Below are positions 1 through 9,816 of a stretch of 36,183 bases of DNA, piece after piece. Under the pieces are notes generated by a model. That model saw nothing but the letters and a program-made list of their open reading frames with translations, did not search any database and had not been told where the DNA came from. How positions within the stretch are numbered: the stretch's first letter is position 1; each line of letters begins with the position of its first letter. The DNA is taken from the sequence record SRR16203515_1105; one strand, 5' to 3'. The position numbers and the translations under genes are program-made.

Positions 1-2
1 AA

Positions 3-2738
3 CAGCGCTTTCGGATACCTACGTTCAGGGTCAATTTTCCTAATACCGACAGGGTAGACATCTATATACGCATAGAAAGCCTATCGTCGAGCTTGATCAC
101 CCCCTTAAAAATAATGCCAGAGCCATTTCACAGTACCTATTTTCAATGGGACAGCTTGTTATGGGGCTTGTTCTATGGCGGCTTACTCATATTAGCGATT
201 TACAACTTGGTGTTATTTTTCGGGGTAAAAGAAAAAAGCTTGATTGCGTATATTAGCTATATTCTGGCCGTCATTCTTTGGCAGTTTGTGTGGGGCGGTC
301 ATATTCATTTCTTTTTCCCCACCGGTATTCCCCCCTGGTTAGTAGGGCATACTGAGCTCATTTTCGTGATCATTGGGTTTTGCTCTGGTTTATTTACCAT
401 CAGCTTTCTGGAAACCAAGAAAAATGCCAGCGTGGCCCACCCCATTGTGGTTACGTTACTGGCTATTCAGGCTGTCGTCGGTGCTATCTGTTTCTTTGAT
501 GTATTACCGTCTATTTGGAAAAACAACCTCGTCTATGGGGTTGGGCTGGTCGCTATTTGTAGTTATATCTATGCCGGTTTCGAGGCCTTTTTTAACCGTT
601 TTAAACCCGCTCGCTATTTTATATTCGCATGGTCTATGCTCGCGGTAGGCGCCATTGTAGGCATGTTGAGTTTGGTGGGAGTGTTACCTTCTAATGACTT
701 TACCACCTACTGTTTCCAGGTGGGTGTGTTCTTTGAAGCAGGGTTGTTTTCGTTAGCTTTAATGGAGAAAAGCCGCAGCCAACTAGAACATGATGTGGCG
801 CAGGCAACGGACGAATTACGCAATAACATGGAGCTGATAGAAGAGCAAAATGCCCGCCTTGATATTGCACGGAAAGACGCGATTAAAGCCAGTAATGTGA
901 AATCGCAATTTCTTGCCAATATGAGCCATGAAATTCGCACGCCACTGAATGCTATTTTAGGGTTTAGCCGCGAGCTGACCAATGCTTCCTTGCCCCACGA
1001 CCAACAAGAGCAAGTGCGCATTATCGATACCGCAGCCGATAACTTATTAACCATCGTTAACGATGTACTCGACTTTTCTAAAATTGAAGCGGGTAAGCTG
1101 CAAATTAGTAACCATCCCTTTTCGCCTAATAAGCTGATAGAGGAAATGGTGACTATCATGGCGAAATCGGCACACAGTAAGAAACTGGAGTTTGTGCTGG
1201 ACTTATCCCCGTTGCCAGAGAAGCTAATTGGCGATGTATTTCGGATTAAACAAATTCTCAATAACTTACTCAGTAATGCGCTTAAGTTCACCTCTACGGG
1301 CACGATTACCCTCGCCATATCAGGGCGTCCCCTTGCCCACGGCATCCATGAGATTAATATTGTGGTTGAAGATACGGGCATCGGCATTAGCCGAACTGAC
1401 CGACAGAAACTGTTTAGCGCGTTTTCGCAGGTTGACGATGCGCTAAACCGCAACTATCAGGGTACCGGGTTAGGCTTGGTCATTACCCGAGAGTTAGTGA
1501 GGTTGATGCGCGGTGATTTAACCCTCAAGAGCACCCCGGGTTTAGGTTCTATCTTTAATATAACGCTGAGAACCAATCATTTAAGTCAAAAGTATGGGTT
1601 AAGTTCAGACCCTGATTGGCGCGGCAAAACCGTGGTGGTTTTCGACCCCATTCCCGCCACGCGCAGAGCCAGCTCGGCGATGCTGAAACACTTGGGTGCA
1701 GACGTTATCAGTGTGGAGTCACTGGATTATTTGTCTCGCCTGAAGATTCACGCCGACTTCTTCATGGCCACAGCGCCAGTATCAAAAATGAATCAACGGG
1801 ATACCCTGTTAAGCCGATTCGTTCAATTTTCCGCTAAGCAGCGTATCCTGTGGTACTCAGGGCCTGAACCTTTCACCCAATACCCAAGTTTAACCCAGCA
1901 TTTTCACACTCAGCTGCGCATGCCGATGACGGCAACGAAACTGGATGGGCTGGTACACAGTAAAAAAATAGCCCCACAAAACCCGCTACAGCAGAAGCTT
2001 AATACCCTACCCAAAGTTAAAATATTGGCAGTAGATGACATGGATATGAATCTGAAACTGCTGCATACCTGGTTAGATAACTCACCTGTCACCCTAGTGA
2101 CAACCCTAAGCGGGCAAGACGCTGTTAACCAGTGTCAAACACAAGAGTTCGATCTTATTTTGATGGACGTGCAAATGCCGGGAATGGATGGCTTAGAAGC
2201 GTCGCGAGGTATTCGCCAAACGCCGTTAAATTTAGGTACCCCTATTATTGCTGTTACGGCACATGCATTTAAAGAAGAACAAGAGCGCTTGTTAGCCTCT
2301 GGGATGGATGATTACCTACCTAAACCCATAGAAATGGGGCAACTTATTGGTCTTATCCGATCTTGGTGCCACAATGTGTCTCCGGCACATATTCAACTGC
2401 CCTCTTTTGATTGGCAATTAGCCCTTAAACGTGCAAACCAAAATAGCCAGGCGGCCAACGAGATGCTGGAAGACTTTATCGAGCTACTGCCAGCCTGTGT
2501 GGAAACGCTAAAATATATGTGGGCGCAACGGGACTATAATGGCCTTAAGCAGGAAATTCACAAACTTCATGGTGCCTGCTGTTACACAGGCGTCCCTCGC
2601 TTACAAAACCTCGCTGACGAGTTAGAGTCGGCTCTCAAGCTAGGTCAACACTTTCTGGTTGAGGAACACTTGCCAGCGCTCATTAATGAAGCCGAACAAA
2701 TGATTGCTGGCGGGACAAGCGAGTTGGGCATGAAGTAG
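3..2738 (+). CDS. Hybrid sensor histidine kinase, 7TMR-DISM sensor + BarA/GacS-like HisKA-HATPase-REC-Hpt (5' truncated by window edge)
   Basis: The frame is open from position 3 (QRFRIPTF...YIRIESLSSSLITPL, resembling a 7TMR-DISMED2 end), so the TTG at 93 is probably not the true start. About 7 hydrophobic helices, H-box FLANMSHEIRTPLN, N/G boxes (NLLSNALKFT, DTGIGI, GTGLGL), REC LILMDVQMP and Hpt IHKLHGACCYTGVPRL. Confidence 0.9.
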   Translation, partial: QRFRIPTFRVNFPNTDRVDIYIRIESLSSSLITPLKIMPEPFHSTYFQWDSLLWGLFYGGLLILAIYNLVLFFGVKEKSLIAYISYILAVILWQFVWGGHIHFFFPTGIPPWLVGHTELIFVIIGFCSGLFTISFLETKKNASVAHPIVVTLLAIQAVVGAICFFDVLPSIWKNNLVYGVGLVAICSYIYAGFEAFFNRFKPARYFIFAWSMLAVGAIVGMLSLVGVLPSNDFTTYCFQVGVFFEAGLFSLALMEKSRSQLEHDVAQATDELRNNMELIEEQNARLDIARKDAIKASNVKSQFLANMSHEIRTPLNAILGFSRELTNASLPHDQQEQVRIIDTAADNLLTIVNDVLDFSKIEAGKLQISNHPFSPNKLIEEMVTIMAKSAHSKKLEFVLDLSPLPEKLIGDVFRIKQILNNLLSNALKFTSTGTITLAISGRPLAHGIHEINIVVEDTGIGISRTDRQKLFSAFSQVDDALNRNYQGTGLGLVITRELVRLMRGDLTLKSTPGLGSIFNITLRTNHLSQKYGLSSDPDWRGKTVVVFDPIPATRRASSAMLKHLGADVISVESLDYLSRLKIHADFFMATAPVSKMNQRDTLLSRFVQFSAKQRILWYSGPEPFTQYPSLTQHFHTQLRMPMTATKLDGLVHSKKIAPQNPLQQKLNTLPKVKILAVDDMDMNLKLLHTWLDNSPVTLVTTLSGQDAVNQCQTQEFDLILMDVQMPGMDGLEASRGIRQTPLNLGTPIIAVTAHAFKEEQERLLASGMDDYLPKPIEMGQLIGLIRSWCHNVSPAHIQLPSFDWQLALKRANQNSQAANEMLEDFIELLPACVETLKYMWAQRDYNGLKQEIHKLHGACCYTGVPRLQNLADELESALKLGQHFLVEEHLPALINEAEQMIAGGTSELGMK

Positions 2739-2748
2739 CCGCAAGCGG

Positions 2749-3447
2749 CTAGTCGTTAGTGACAGTATTAAGGCGTACCTGTTGGCATTGGGCCATCAGT
2801 GCCGCAAACTCTTCTGGCGAGCGATCAATATCAGAGGTGGCAATATACACATCAAACCCTAAGCGACGGCGCAGCTCGGCCATACGATTGGCAAGCATCG
2901 CCTTGACGCCGGTCAGCACTGTGCCATCACTTAGGGTAAAGTGGTTATCGTCGAACATCGACTGCTCATAACAACTGCCTGTCGCGCAGCTTTCATCGGT
3001 ATTTTGCAACAGCAGAGGACGCTGTTCCATAAGAAGGTGGGTAGCAAGACGAGGGGATATAGAGTGTAGAAAGTCGCTGTAATCTTTCAGTTTAAAGCCT
3101 ACCGTTTCAAGCTCAACATGGGTTAATCCTTGGCGTACGCGAGGGCAATCGGCCCGCTGCAAGTTATCCCAATGTATTTGCCAACTGCCTAAACGATGAC
3201 GATACACAATATGCTCTTTGGTAATTTCCAAACTGAATTCAGGCTCTCTGACCTTGAAATAGCCCACCAGCAAGGCCACCAAAGACGCGCTGGTAATGAA
3301 AATCCCTGCCAAAAATAGCCAACTCGGTAACAGCACAAACCATAAAGCAGCAAATGCCAATCCGGCCGCGCCTATCACAATACTGGTAATGCCGTTACTT
3401 TTTGATGCGGCACGGATAAAAATGGGTTCAGCGCTACTGCCAGACAT
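2749..3447 (-). CDS. DUF2982-like membrane protein (2 N-terminal TM helices + soluble domain)
   Basis: ORF track 2749..3459; ATG at 3447 (MSGSSAEP) preferred. Two TM helices, then GYFKVREPEFSLE...HRLGSWQIHWDN...GFKLKDY, which resembles DUF2982 from memory. Confidence 0.65.
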   Translation of the reverse strand: MSGSSAEPIFIRAASKSNGITSIVIGAAGLAFAALWFVLLPSWLFLAGIFITSASLVALLVGYFKVREPEFSLEITKEHIVYRHRLGSWQIHWDNLQRADCPRVRQGLTHVELETVGFKLKDYSDFLHSISPRLATHLLMEQRPLLLQNTDESCATGSCYEQSMFDDNHFTLSDGTVLTGVKAMLANRMAELRRRLGFDVYIATSDIDRSPEEFAALMAQCQQVRLNTVTND

Positions 3448-3550
3448 AAAAATACACAACCAACATGATAATGGCCCATAACACGTATAGCCGAACGCGT
3501 GCGCAACGAGGGCAGTTAGTCTTCCACCACGTTTTACTGTGTTTCGCCAT
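3434..3550 (-). CDS. Unannotated 38-aa small membrane protein with CxxC motif
   Basis: Hand translation MAKHSKTWWKTNCPRCARVRLYVLWAIIMLVVYFYVWQ*. Basic N-terminus, CPRC, one TM helix. Overlaps the DUF2982 start by 14 nt. No strong SD. Confidence 0.55.
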   Translation of the reverse strand: MAKHSKTWWKTNCPRCARVRLYVLWAIIMLVVYFYVWQ

Positions 3551-3632
3551 AGGAGTGGGTATGAGCCTGTTATTCGTTAACATAAATACGGAGTAATATG
3601 CCCATTAGTTTACCTGTTATTTACTGAGGATG

Positions 3633-6600
3633 TTAGCTTAGCTTGCGGTAGCGATAACGATTAAACGCGGCCACCGCCGTTGGCGTAAATACTAACGACA
3701 AGATAACCGAGAAGCCTACCCCACCGGCTAGCACTACCGCGAGCGGGGGCCAAAAGCTGCCCTCACTAAAGAGTAGCAAGGGGACTAAGCCGCCTACCGT
3801 GGTAAAGGTGGTGGACAAGATATGTCGGCTGCACCCCATGGTCTCTTTTACGATTGCTTTGGTATCGCCTTGCTTTGCCCGGCTATTCGCATTGATGGCG
3901 GCTATCACTACAATGGAGCCATTGATCGCCACCCCGATAAGCCCCGCCGAACCAAGCAACGGATTAAAGCCTACCGGTAAGCCGGAAATCCACAGACTAA
4001 ACATGCCTAAGCCAACCGATAACATAGCCACCATGACAATCACGCCTGCCATACGTAAACTGGTGAAAGTTAATATCAACGTAGTCACCATGAGTACCAA
4101 CAGCACGGGGGCATAGGTGCCTAACTGCCCAAGCGCCTGCTGCTGCTCATCAGCATCACCGGCTAAGTGAATACGGTAGCCTGGCGGTAAGTCGAGGGAC
4201 TCGGTAAGCTTTTCTCGCAATGTATTGCTCGCATCCACTGCAGGCACCCCAGGGAGCAAATACGCCTGAACACGGTTAACTCGCTCGCCATTTTGCCGAG
4301 TAATACTGCTAATAGACGGGACGTAGTGTGTTGTGGCTATGGCGCCTAAAGTCGACCACCTTGACTCGCCTTGGGCACTCACTGGAATAGGCATGGCATT
4401 AATACCAGCCACATTATGCCTAAAGCTTTCGCTTAATCTTACCGAAACCGGAATTTCTTCGGTACTTTCCAGCACTGAGCCGCCTGCCAGTCCGGAAAAA
4501 TTAATCTGCATTTGGGTAGCGAGATCGGACAAACTGATCCCTAGGTACGACAAGGTATCGCTATTGGCGTCCACATTAAGTTCAGGCTCTGCCATGGTAA
4601 TACTGGCAATAGACTGAGCGATGCCGGGAATATCCGATAACAGATAGCGTACTCGTTGCCCCAATTCGTTTAGCACATCGACATCTGGACCAAACACTTC
4701 GACCTCTACCGGTGCGGCAATGGGTGGCCCCTGTCCAAAGGCCCTGACCACCACTTGCACTTGAGGTAGACGCGCATCCAGCTCATGCTGAAGCTCTGCA
4801 ATAAGTCGTGATGCCTGCGCCACCGTGTTTGTGGTCACTACTGCATTAGCAAAGTTGGCTAGGTTATCGCGCGTCATCACTTGATTGTAATACACCGAGG
4901 GGGCCGAGCCGCCGACTAACCAGGTAACCTGCTCAATGCCCTCTTTTTGATGAATGATTTCATCTAATTGCTGGGCATAAGCGTAGGTGTTATCAATACT
5001 ACTGCCTGGTGGGGTCCAGAGATAAATTTCAAACTGGTCTCTATCTGCACTGGGAAAGAACACATTGGCCAAGGTGCCAGATAAAATAAAGCCAGAGAAA
5101 CAAAATAGCATAACAGCGGGCAACACGAGCCAGGGCCGTTTAATCCAGCGACCTAATTGTCGACTAAAAGCATAAGCTAGCGAAGGCGCTTGCAGCCCCC
5201 CTCGCCACCACGAGGTTTTAGCAAGGGATGTAGCGGCATTGCCCCGCGGTAAGAAGCGTGCCGCGAGTGCCGCGATAACCGTCAGGGAAATGAATAAAGA
5301 GCCAAGCAGTGCCATCACGACGCTAATGGCGATGGGCCCGACAAAATCGCCGATGTTACCGTTGAGCAACAATATCGGCATAAACCCCAGTACTGTGGTG
5401 AGGGTAGATGCAAGCAGCGGGGCAAACAAATGCGCCACGCTTTTGGCCATGGCGCCTACCCGGGTTAACGCGGCATCTTGTAGGTTTATCCTTATCTCAT
5501 CGGTGATAACGATGGCATTATCGATAAGTAAACCAATGGCGATGATCATACCGAAAATCGACATTTGATGAATTTGTTCGTTGAAAAAGCTCAGTGAAAA
5601 CAACGCAAATGCCGCACATAAAGGCAGTGCCAGACCCACAATCCACGATGCTCTGATACCCATAAATAATAAGATAACGAACATGACCACCGCGCAGCCT
5701 AACAAGAGATTACCCGACAGTTCGGCTAAGCGATCCGCGGTGTACTGGTTTTGCTCAAAGGCCACTTGGGCAGTTGCCGTGCCCTTAAAGTCTTGATTGA
5801 AATGACGAACAACGTTAAGGGCACGTTGGGTCCAAACATCGGCGCGCAAAGACGTTTGCATACGCGCAGCAACAAAAATAACTTCCTCACCATTTAACAT
5901 CGCGATATCGGTACGGGGGCTAGTATACCCTCGCGTCACTTCAGCGATATCATCAACCCGTAAGTACTTTCCCTGGTTGTTGATTAGGGGAATCGCGGCA
6001 ATCATGGCAGCGCTATCTAGCCCCTTAGCCACACTAAAGCGTAACTGACTGGTTTGTGTGTTTAATACACCGGCCGGCAACTTAGGGTCGGCCTGTGCAA
6101 TAAGCTGGCTAACCTGGCTTAGGGTTAATCCCGTGGCCGCGAGCTTTTGCGGTGATATGCTGACACTAATTTCTTCATCTGGGGCGCCATAGATACGAAC
6201 AAGCTCGGTACCACTGACGTTGCGAAGCCGATCGGTTAGCTCTTCGGCCAGCCGGCTGGTAAGGGTTAACGCCGTGGTCTCAGGGTGACTTGCTGATACC
6301 GCTAGCAATAAAGTAAAGGCCGTAGCGCCACGTTTATCATCAAAAACCGGGGCGGCCACACCGTCTGGGAAGGTTGCTGACGCAGCCGACACCGCATCTC
6401 TAATTTCACTGAATAAGGCATCATTGCTGCTGTTATCCACCCAATCTTGGGTTTCAATCGTGATCACAGAGATACCTGCCCGGGAGGTGGATTTGACTTC
6501 CTTAATCTCATAAATTTCACGTATGCGATCTTCTAAGACATCGGTGACCAAGGCCTCCACCCGTTGTGCAGATGCTCCAGGGTATGCGGTTATAATCAGG

Positions 6601-6767
6601 GCATTGCGTGTATCTATGCGAGGGTCTTCTAGTCGTGGCAGGGTATTTAAAGCCGATAAGCCTGCCACCAATAAAATAACGATACTTAAGACAAGCAAAT
6701 GCCCTCTTCGATAGAAAAGCGTGTACCAAGGGTACGCTTTCTCATCAGGGGTGGGAGAAGGGTTCAT
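3633..6767 (-). CDS. RND efflux transporter permease subunit (AcrB/AcrD/AcrF family)
   Basis: 1044 aa with two 1+5 TM repeats and large periplasmic loops. Motifs YPGASA..VE, IGLLIDNAIV, FFPSADR, RHILSTT. Confidence 0.93.
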   Translation of the reverse strand: MNPSPTPDEKAYPWYTLFYRRGHLLVLSIVILLVAGLSALNTLPRLEDPRIDTRNALIITAYPGASAQRVEALVTDVLEDRIREIYEIKEVKSTSRAGISVITIETQDWVDNSSNDALFSEIRDAVSAASATFPDGVAAPVFDDKRGATAFTLLLAVSASHPETTALTLTSRLAEELTDRLRNVSGTELVRIYGAPDEEISVSISPQKLAATGLTLSQVSQLIAQADPKLPAGVLNTQTSQLRFSVAKGLDSAAMIAAIPLINNQGKYLRVDDIAEVTRGYTSPRTDIAMLNGEEVIFVAARMQTSLRADVWTQRALNVVRHFNQDFKGTATAQVAFEQNQYTADRLAELSGNLLLGCAVVMFVILLFMGIRASWIVGLALPLCAAFALFSLSFFNEQIHQMSIFGMIIAIGLLIDNAIVITDEIRINLQDAALTRVGAMAKSVAHLFAPLLASTLTTVLGFMPILLLNGNIGDFVGPIAISVVMALLGSLFISLTVIAALAARFLPRGNAATSLAKTSWWRGGLQAPSLAYAFSRQLGRWIKRPWLVLPAVMLFCFSGFILSGTLANVFFPSADRDQFEIYLWTPPGSSIDNTYAYAQQLDEIIHQKEGIEQVTWLVGGSAPSVYYNQVMTRDNLANFANAVVTTNTVAQASRLIAELQHELDARLPQVQVVVRAFGQGPPIAAPVEVEVFGPDVDVLNELGQRVRYLLSDIPGIAQSIASITMAEPELNVDANSDTLSYLGISLSDLATQMQINFSGLAGGSVLESTEEIPVSVRLSESFRHNVAGINAMPIPVSAQGESRWSTLGAIATTHYVPSISSITRQNGERVNRVQAYLLPGVPAVDASNTLREKLTESLDLPPGYRIHLAGDADEQQQALGQLGTYAPVLLVLMVTTLILTFTSLRMAGVIVMVAMLSVGLGMFSLWISGLPVGFNPLLGSAGLIGVAINGSIVVIAAINANSRAKQGDTKAIVKETMGCSRHILSTTFTTVGGLVPLLLFSEGSFWPPLAVVLAGGVGFSVILSLVFTPTAVAAFNRYRYRKLS

Positions 6768-7903
6768 CGCGCGGCTCCCGCAAGCGGGCTTGCCGGCATA
6801 GACACACGCTGGCCTGGGGCTAACTTATGGGTGCCGTTTGTCACGTAATGTTCACCGTCAGCAAGGGCGCCGCGTACAAAAGCGCGTTCCCCATCGGTAT
6901 AGAGTACTTCGACACTGCGTGCTTGCAGGGTATGCGCTTCTGTATCCACCACAAGCACCCGCCATAAGCCACGTAACCCGTTACTGAGTGCGGTTACCGG
7001 CAGCCAGCTTCCTATTTCAGCATGATGCTTGGTGCCGGTAATACTGGCCATATCACCAGCGCGTACCTTGGTTTGCGCGGGCAAGGAAACTAATATATCT
7101 ATGGTGCGGGTTTGCCTGTCTCGCACGGGAAGATGCTGGATCACCCTACTGCTCACGCTATCTTCCCCTAGCATTACCCGTACGTTTTCGCCGGGTGGAA
7201 ACGATGCCAGCATGTCGGCTGGCACGGCAATACGTACCTGAAAGGCCTGCTGATTGGTGATACTTAGTACCGACATACCTGTGGTTAACACCTCTCCCTC
7301 GTCCACAAAGCGCTGACTCACAATGCCGTTATAGGGCGCACGTAGGGTAGTTTTGCCTAATTCAACCGCAAGGCTATTAAGCGCTGCTTCTATTTCGCTT
7401 ACCTGTGCCTTTGCCACCTCCGTGTTAGCTTGGGCCTCGTCAAGACGCTGTGAGGACTCCAGCTTTTGCGCAACTAAGTCAGCCACCCGGGAACCGCTTA
7501 ATTCAGCTAAGGATAAATCGGCCTTTGCCCGTGCTAAGGCCGCCGTAAGCTCCGCGCGTTTTGCGGTGAGTCGTTGTGAGTCTAGGGTTGCCACAACTTG
7601 GCCGGCTTCAACCTTATCGCCTTCATCTACCGAAATAGTTACTACCTGACCTGTGGTATCAAACGCTAGCTTTGAGGCTTGTGCTGACTCAATAAGGCCG
7701 TAAAGCGACACAGGTGTGTTAAATCCGTGCTGAATATGAATTTGAGACGTGGTGATCGTTGCAGGTTGCGGCTGGCTGCGGTTCTGTGGTGTGCCTTGTA
7801 GGCCGGCCACGATTAGTAGAATGATAAGACCAAGGGCAAACACGCCTATTGCCAGATAAAGTAGCAGGGTCGTTTTTTTCATTGCATGACGAGCATGATT
7901 CAT
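6764..7903 (-). CDS. RND periplasmic adaptor (membrane fusion protein)
   Basis: N-terminal TM anchor, lipoyl halves (VDEGDKVEAGQVVA; LRAPYNGIV) and helical hairpin. 4-nt ATGA overlap with the RND gene. ATG 7903 has AAGGA upstream; 7882 and 7942 are alternative starts. Confidence 0.9.
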   Translation of the reverse strand: MNHARHAMKKTTLLLYLAIGVFALGLIILLIVAGLQGTPQNRSQPQPATITTSQIHIQHGFNTPVSLYGLIESAQASKLAFDTTGQVVTISVDEGDKVEAGQVVATLDSQRLTAKRAELTAALARAKADLSLAELSGSRVADLVAQKLESSQRLDEAQANTEVAKAQVSEIEAALNSLAVELGKTTLRAPYNGIVSQRFVDEGEVLTTGMSVLSITNQQAFQVRIAVPADMLASFPPGENVRVMLGEDSVSSRVIQHLPVRDRQTRTIDILVSLPAQTKVRAGDMASITGTKHHAEIGSWLPVTALSNGLRGLWRVLVVDTEAHTLQARSVEVLYTDGERAFVRGALADGEHYVTNGTHKLAPGQRVSMPASPLAGAAR

Positions 7904-7970
7904 ACGGCGAGTTCCTTCGGCTTTTGCTGTCTTGTTTGGCATTACATAACTAGCATGCTAAATTATTAAT

Positions 7971-7985
7971 ACTAGACCGTCCAGT
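7971..7985. promoter_or_regulatory. Putative TetR operator between the divergent efflux operon and tetR
   Basis: Imperfect palindrome ACTAGAC-C-GTCCAGT in the AT-rich intergenic region. A second perfect palindrome TAGCATGCTA lies at 7951-7960. Confidence 0.55.
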
Positions 7986-8015
7986 TTGATAATAAATTTT
8001 TAACACGAGGTTACT

Positions 8016-8672
8016 TTGTCAGAGCAAGAGAAACGCCGCCAGGGCCGGCCTAAAAGTGAACAAAAGCGTGCGCTCATCCTATCAGCCGCGTCTACGCTTT
8101 TTCTTAAAGAGGGGTTTGCAGCGACCTCTATGGATAAGGTGGCAAAAGGCTCTGGGGTATCTAAACAAACGGTATATTCTCATTTTTCTAGCAAAGACTG
8201 TTTGTTTCAGGCTGCTATTACCAATAAATGTCATGCCTACCAACTCGATAGCTTACAAATAGACTCAGCTTCTCAGCACCCGAGTTTGACGCACTACTTA
8301 ACCCGAGTAGGTAGCCAGTTTATTCGTCTGCTACAAGACCCTGAAACTATCGCTATTTACCGAGTTATTATCGCCGAAGCGGCGAATAGTCCCCATGTGG
8401 CTGAGTTATTTCATCAGGCTGGACCAAAAGCGACCTTAGACACCCTAACCTGCGCGTTTAGGCATTACGGCGGCGCATCTGTATCCGATACAGATGCGCG
8501 GGAGCTGGCGTACGACTTTTGCTGTTTATTAAAAGGGGAGTTCCACATGATGTTATTATGCGGTATCGCCACGCCAATGACAGAGCCGCAGATCGCCACA
8601 CATGTTACCGCTGTGGTGAGAAAAATGACGCGTCTTTTAGACAATGCTGTCCATGATCAACATGAAGCTTAA
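8016..8672 (+). CDS. TetR/AcrR family transcriptional regulator
   Basis: HTH GFAATSMDKVAKGSGVSKQTVYSHFSSK. TTG start with GAGGT SD. Divergent from the RND operon. Confidence 0.92.
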   Translation: MSEQEKRRQGRPKSEQKRALILSAASTLFLKEGFAATSMDKVAKGSGVSKQTVYSHFSSKDCLFQAAITNKCHAYQLDSLQIDSASQHPSLTHYLTRVGSQFIRLLQDPETIAIYRVIIAEAANSPHVAELFHQAGPKATLDTLTCAFRHYGGASVSDTDARELAYDFCCLLKGEFHMMLLCGIATPMTEPQIATHVTAVVRKMTRLLDNAVHDQHEA

Positions 8673-8784
8673 TTAAAACTTGCGCTAAAAACGTCAAATT
8701 GCGGCAGCAGATGCGCGTTGAAAGATTACACGAGGCATGCTTTGTTATACACTACGCCCGTTTTCGTTGATGATTGAGTGCCCT

Positions 8785-9816
8785 ATGTCTGACTTTACCG
8801 GTAACCACATCCTTTCGGTTAATCAATTCGATCGCGACGCCATTGAGAAAATTTTCTCAGTAGCGCATTCCATGCAACCCTATGCGAGACGAGAGAAGCG
8901 CACCACAGTGCTGGAAGGCGCGATCCTCGGTAACCTGTTTTTTGAGCCTAGTACGCGAACCCGAGTGAGTTTTGGCACTGCCTTTAACCTGCTCGGCGGT
9001 GAAGTACGAGAAACCACCGGCATGTCTAGTTCAGCGTTAGCGAAAGGCGAGTCGCTGTATGACACCGCGCGGGTACTTAGTGGTTACTCTGACATTATTG
9101 CTATGCGCCATCCGGCAGCAGGATCGGTTGCCGAGTTTGCCGAGGGTAGCCGCGTGCCAGTCATTAACGGCGGCGACGGCGCAAATGAACATCCTACGCA
9201 AGCCTTACTCGACCTTTTTACCATCAAAAGGGAACGGGAATACAACGGTGACAGTATTGATGGTCTACATATTGCCATGATAGGGGATCTTCGCTACGGA
9301 CGCACCGTGCACTCTCTTTCACGCCTGTTATGTTTGTTTAACAATATTCGCTTTACCCTCATTTCACCGAAAGAGTTAGCCATGCCGCAACCTGTGGTTG
9401 ATGCTATTGAGAATGCCGGCCATCAGCTGACCATTACCGATACCCTTGAAGGCAATATGGATGCCGACATCTGTTATCAAACCCGTATACAGGAAGAACG
9501 CTTCCCATCTCAGGAAGAAGCCAATAAATACCGTGGTAAATTTCGCTTAAATCAGTCTATTTATACCCGTCACTTCCAATCTAAAACCGTGATCATGCAT
9601 CCACTTCCTCGCGATTCACGTATGGAAGCCAACGAATTAGATAATGATTTAAATCTAAACCCAAACCTTGCCATTTTTCGACAAACCGACAATGGCGTGC
9701 TAGTCAGAATGGCCCTGTTTGCTCTCACCCTAGGGGTGGAAAACTTGGTCAATAAGCACGAACGAGAAGTGGTTTGGTATAGCAATAAGAGCAAGCCATT
9801 ACATGCAAAAATCTGA
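8785..9816 (+). CDS. pyrB: Aspartate carbamoyltransferase catalytic chain
   Basis: [47 protein letters not shown] and MHPLPR motifs. Start taken at ATG 8785 ([11 protein letters not shown]). Confidence 0.95.
   Translation: MSDFTGNHILSVNQFDRDAIEKIFSVAHSMQPYARREKRTTVLEGAILGNLFFEPSTRTRVSFGTAFNLLGGEVRETTGMSSSALAKGESLYDTARVLSGYSDIIAMRHPAAGSVAEFAEGSRVPVINGGDGANEHPTQALLDLFTIKREREYNGDSIDGLHIAMIGDLRYGRTVHSLSRLLCLFNNIRFTLISPKELAMPQPVVDAIENAGHQLTITDTLEGNMDADICYQTRIQEERFPSQEEANKYRGKFRLNQSIYTRHFQSKTVIMHPLPRDSRMEANELDNDLNLNPNLAIFRQTDNGVLVRMALFALTLGVENLVNKHEREVVWYSNKSKPLHAKI

Noticed and set aside
707-1453. 248-aa antisense ORF inside the kinase, and similar shadow ORFs such as 14232..14855
   Set aside because: Antisense to well-supported genes, with no recognisable motifs.
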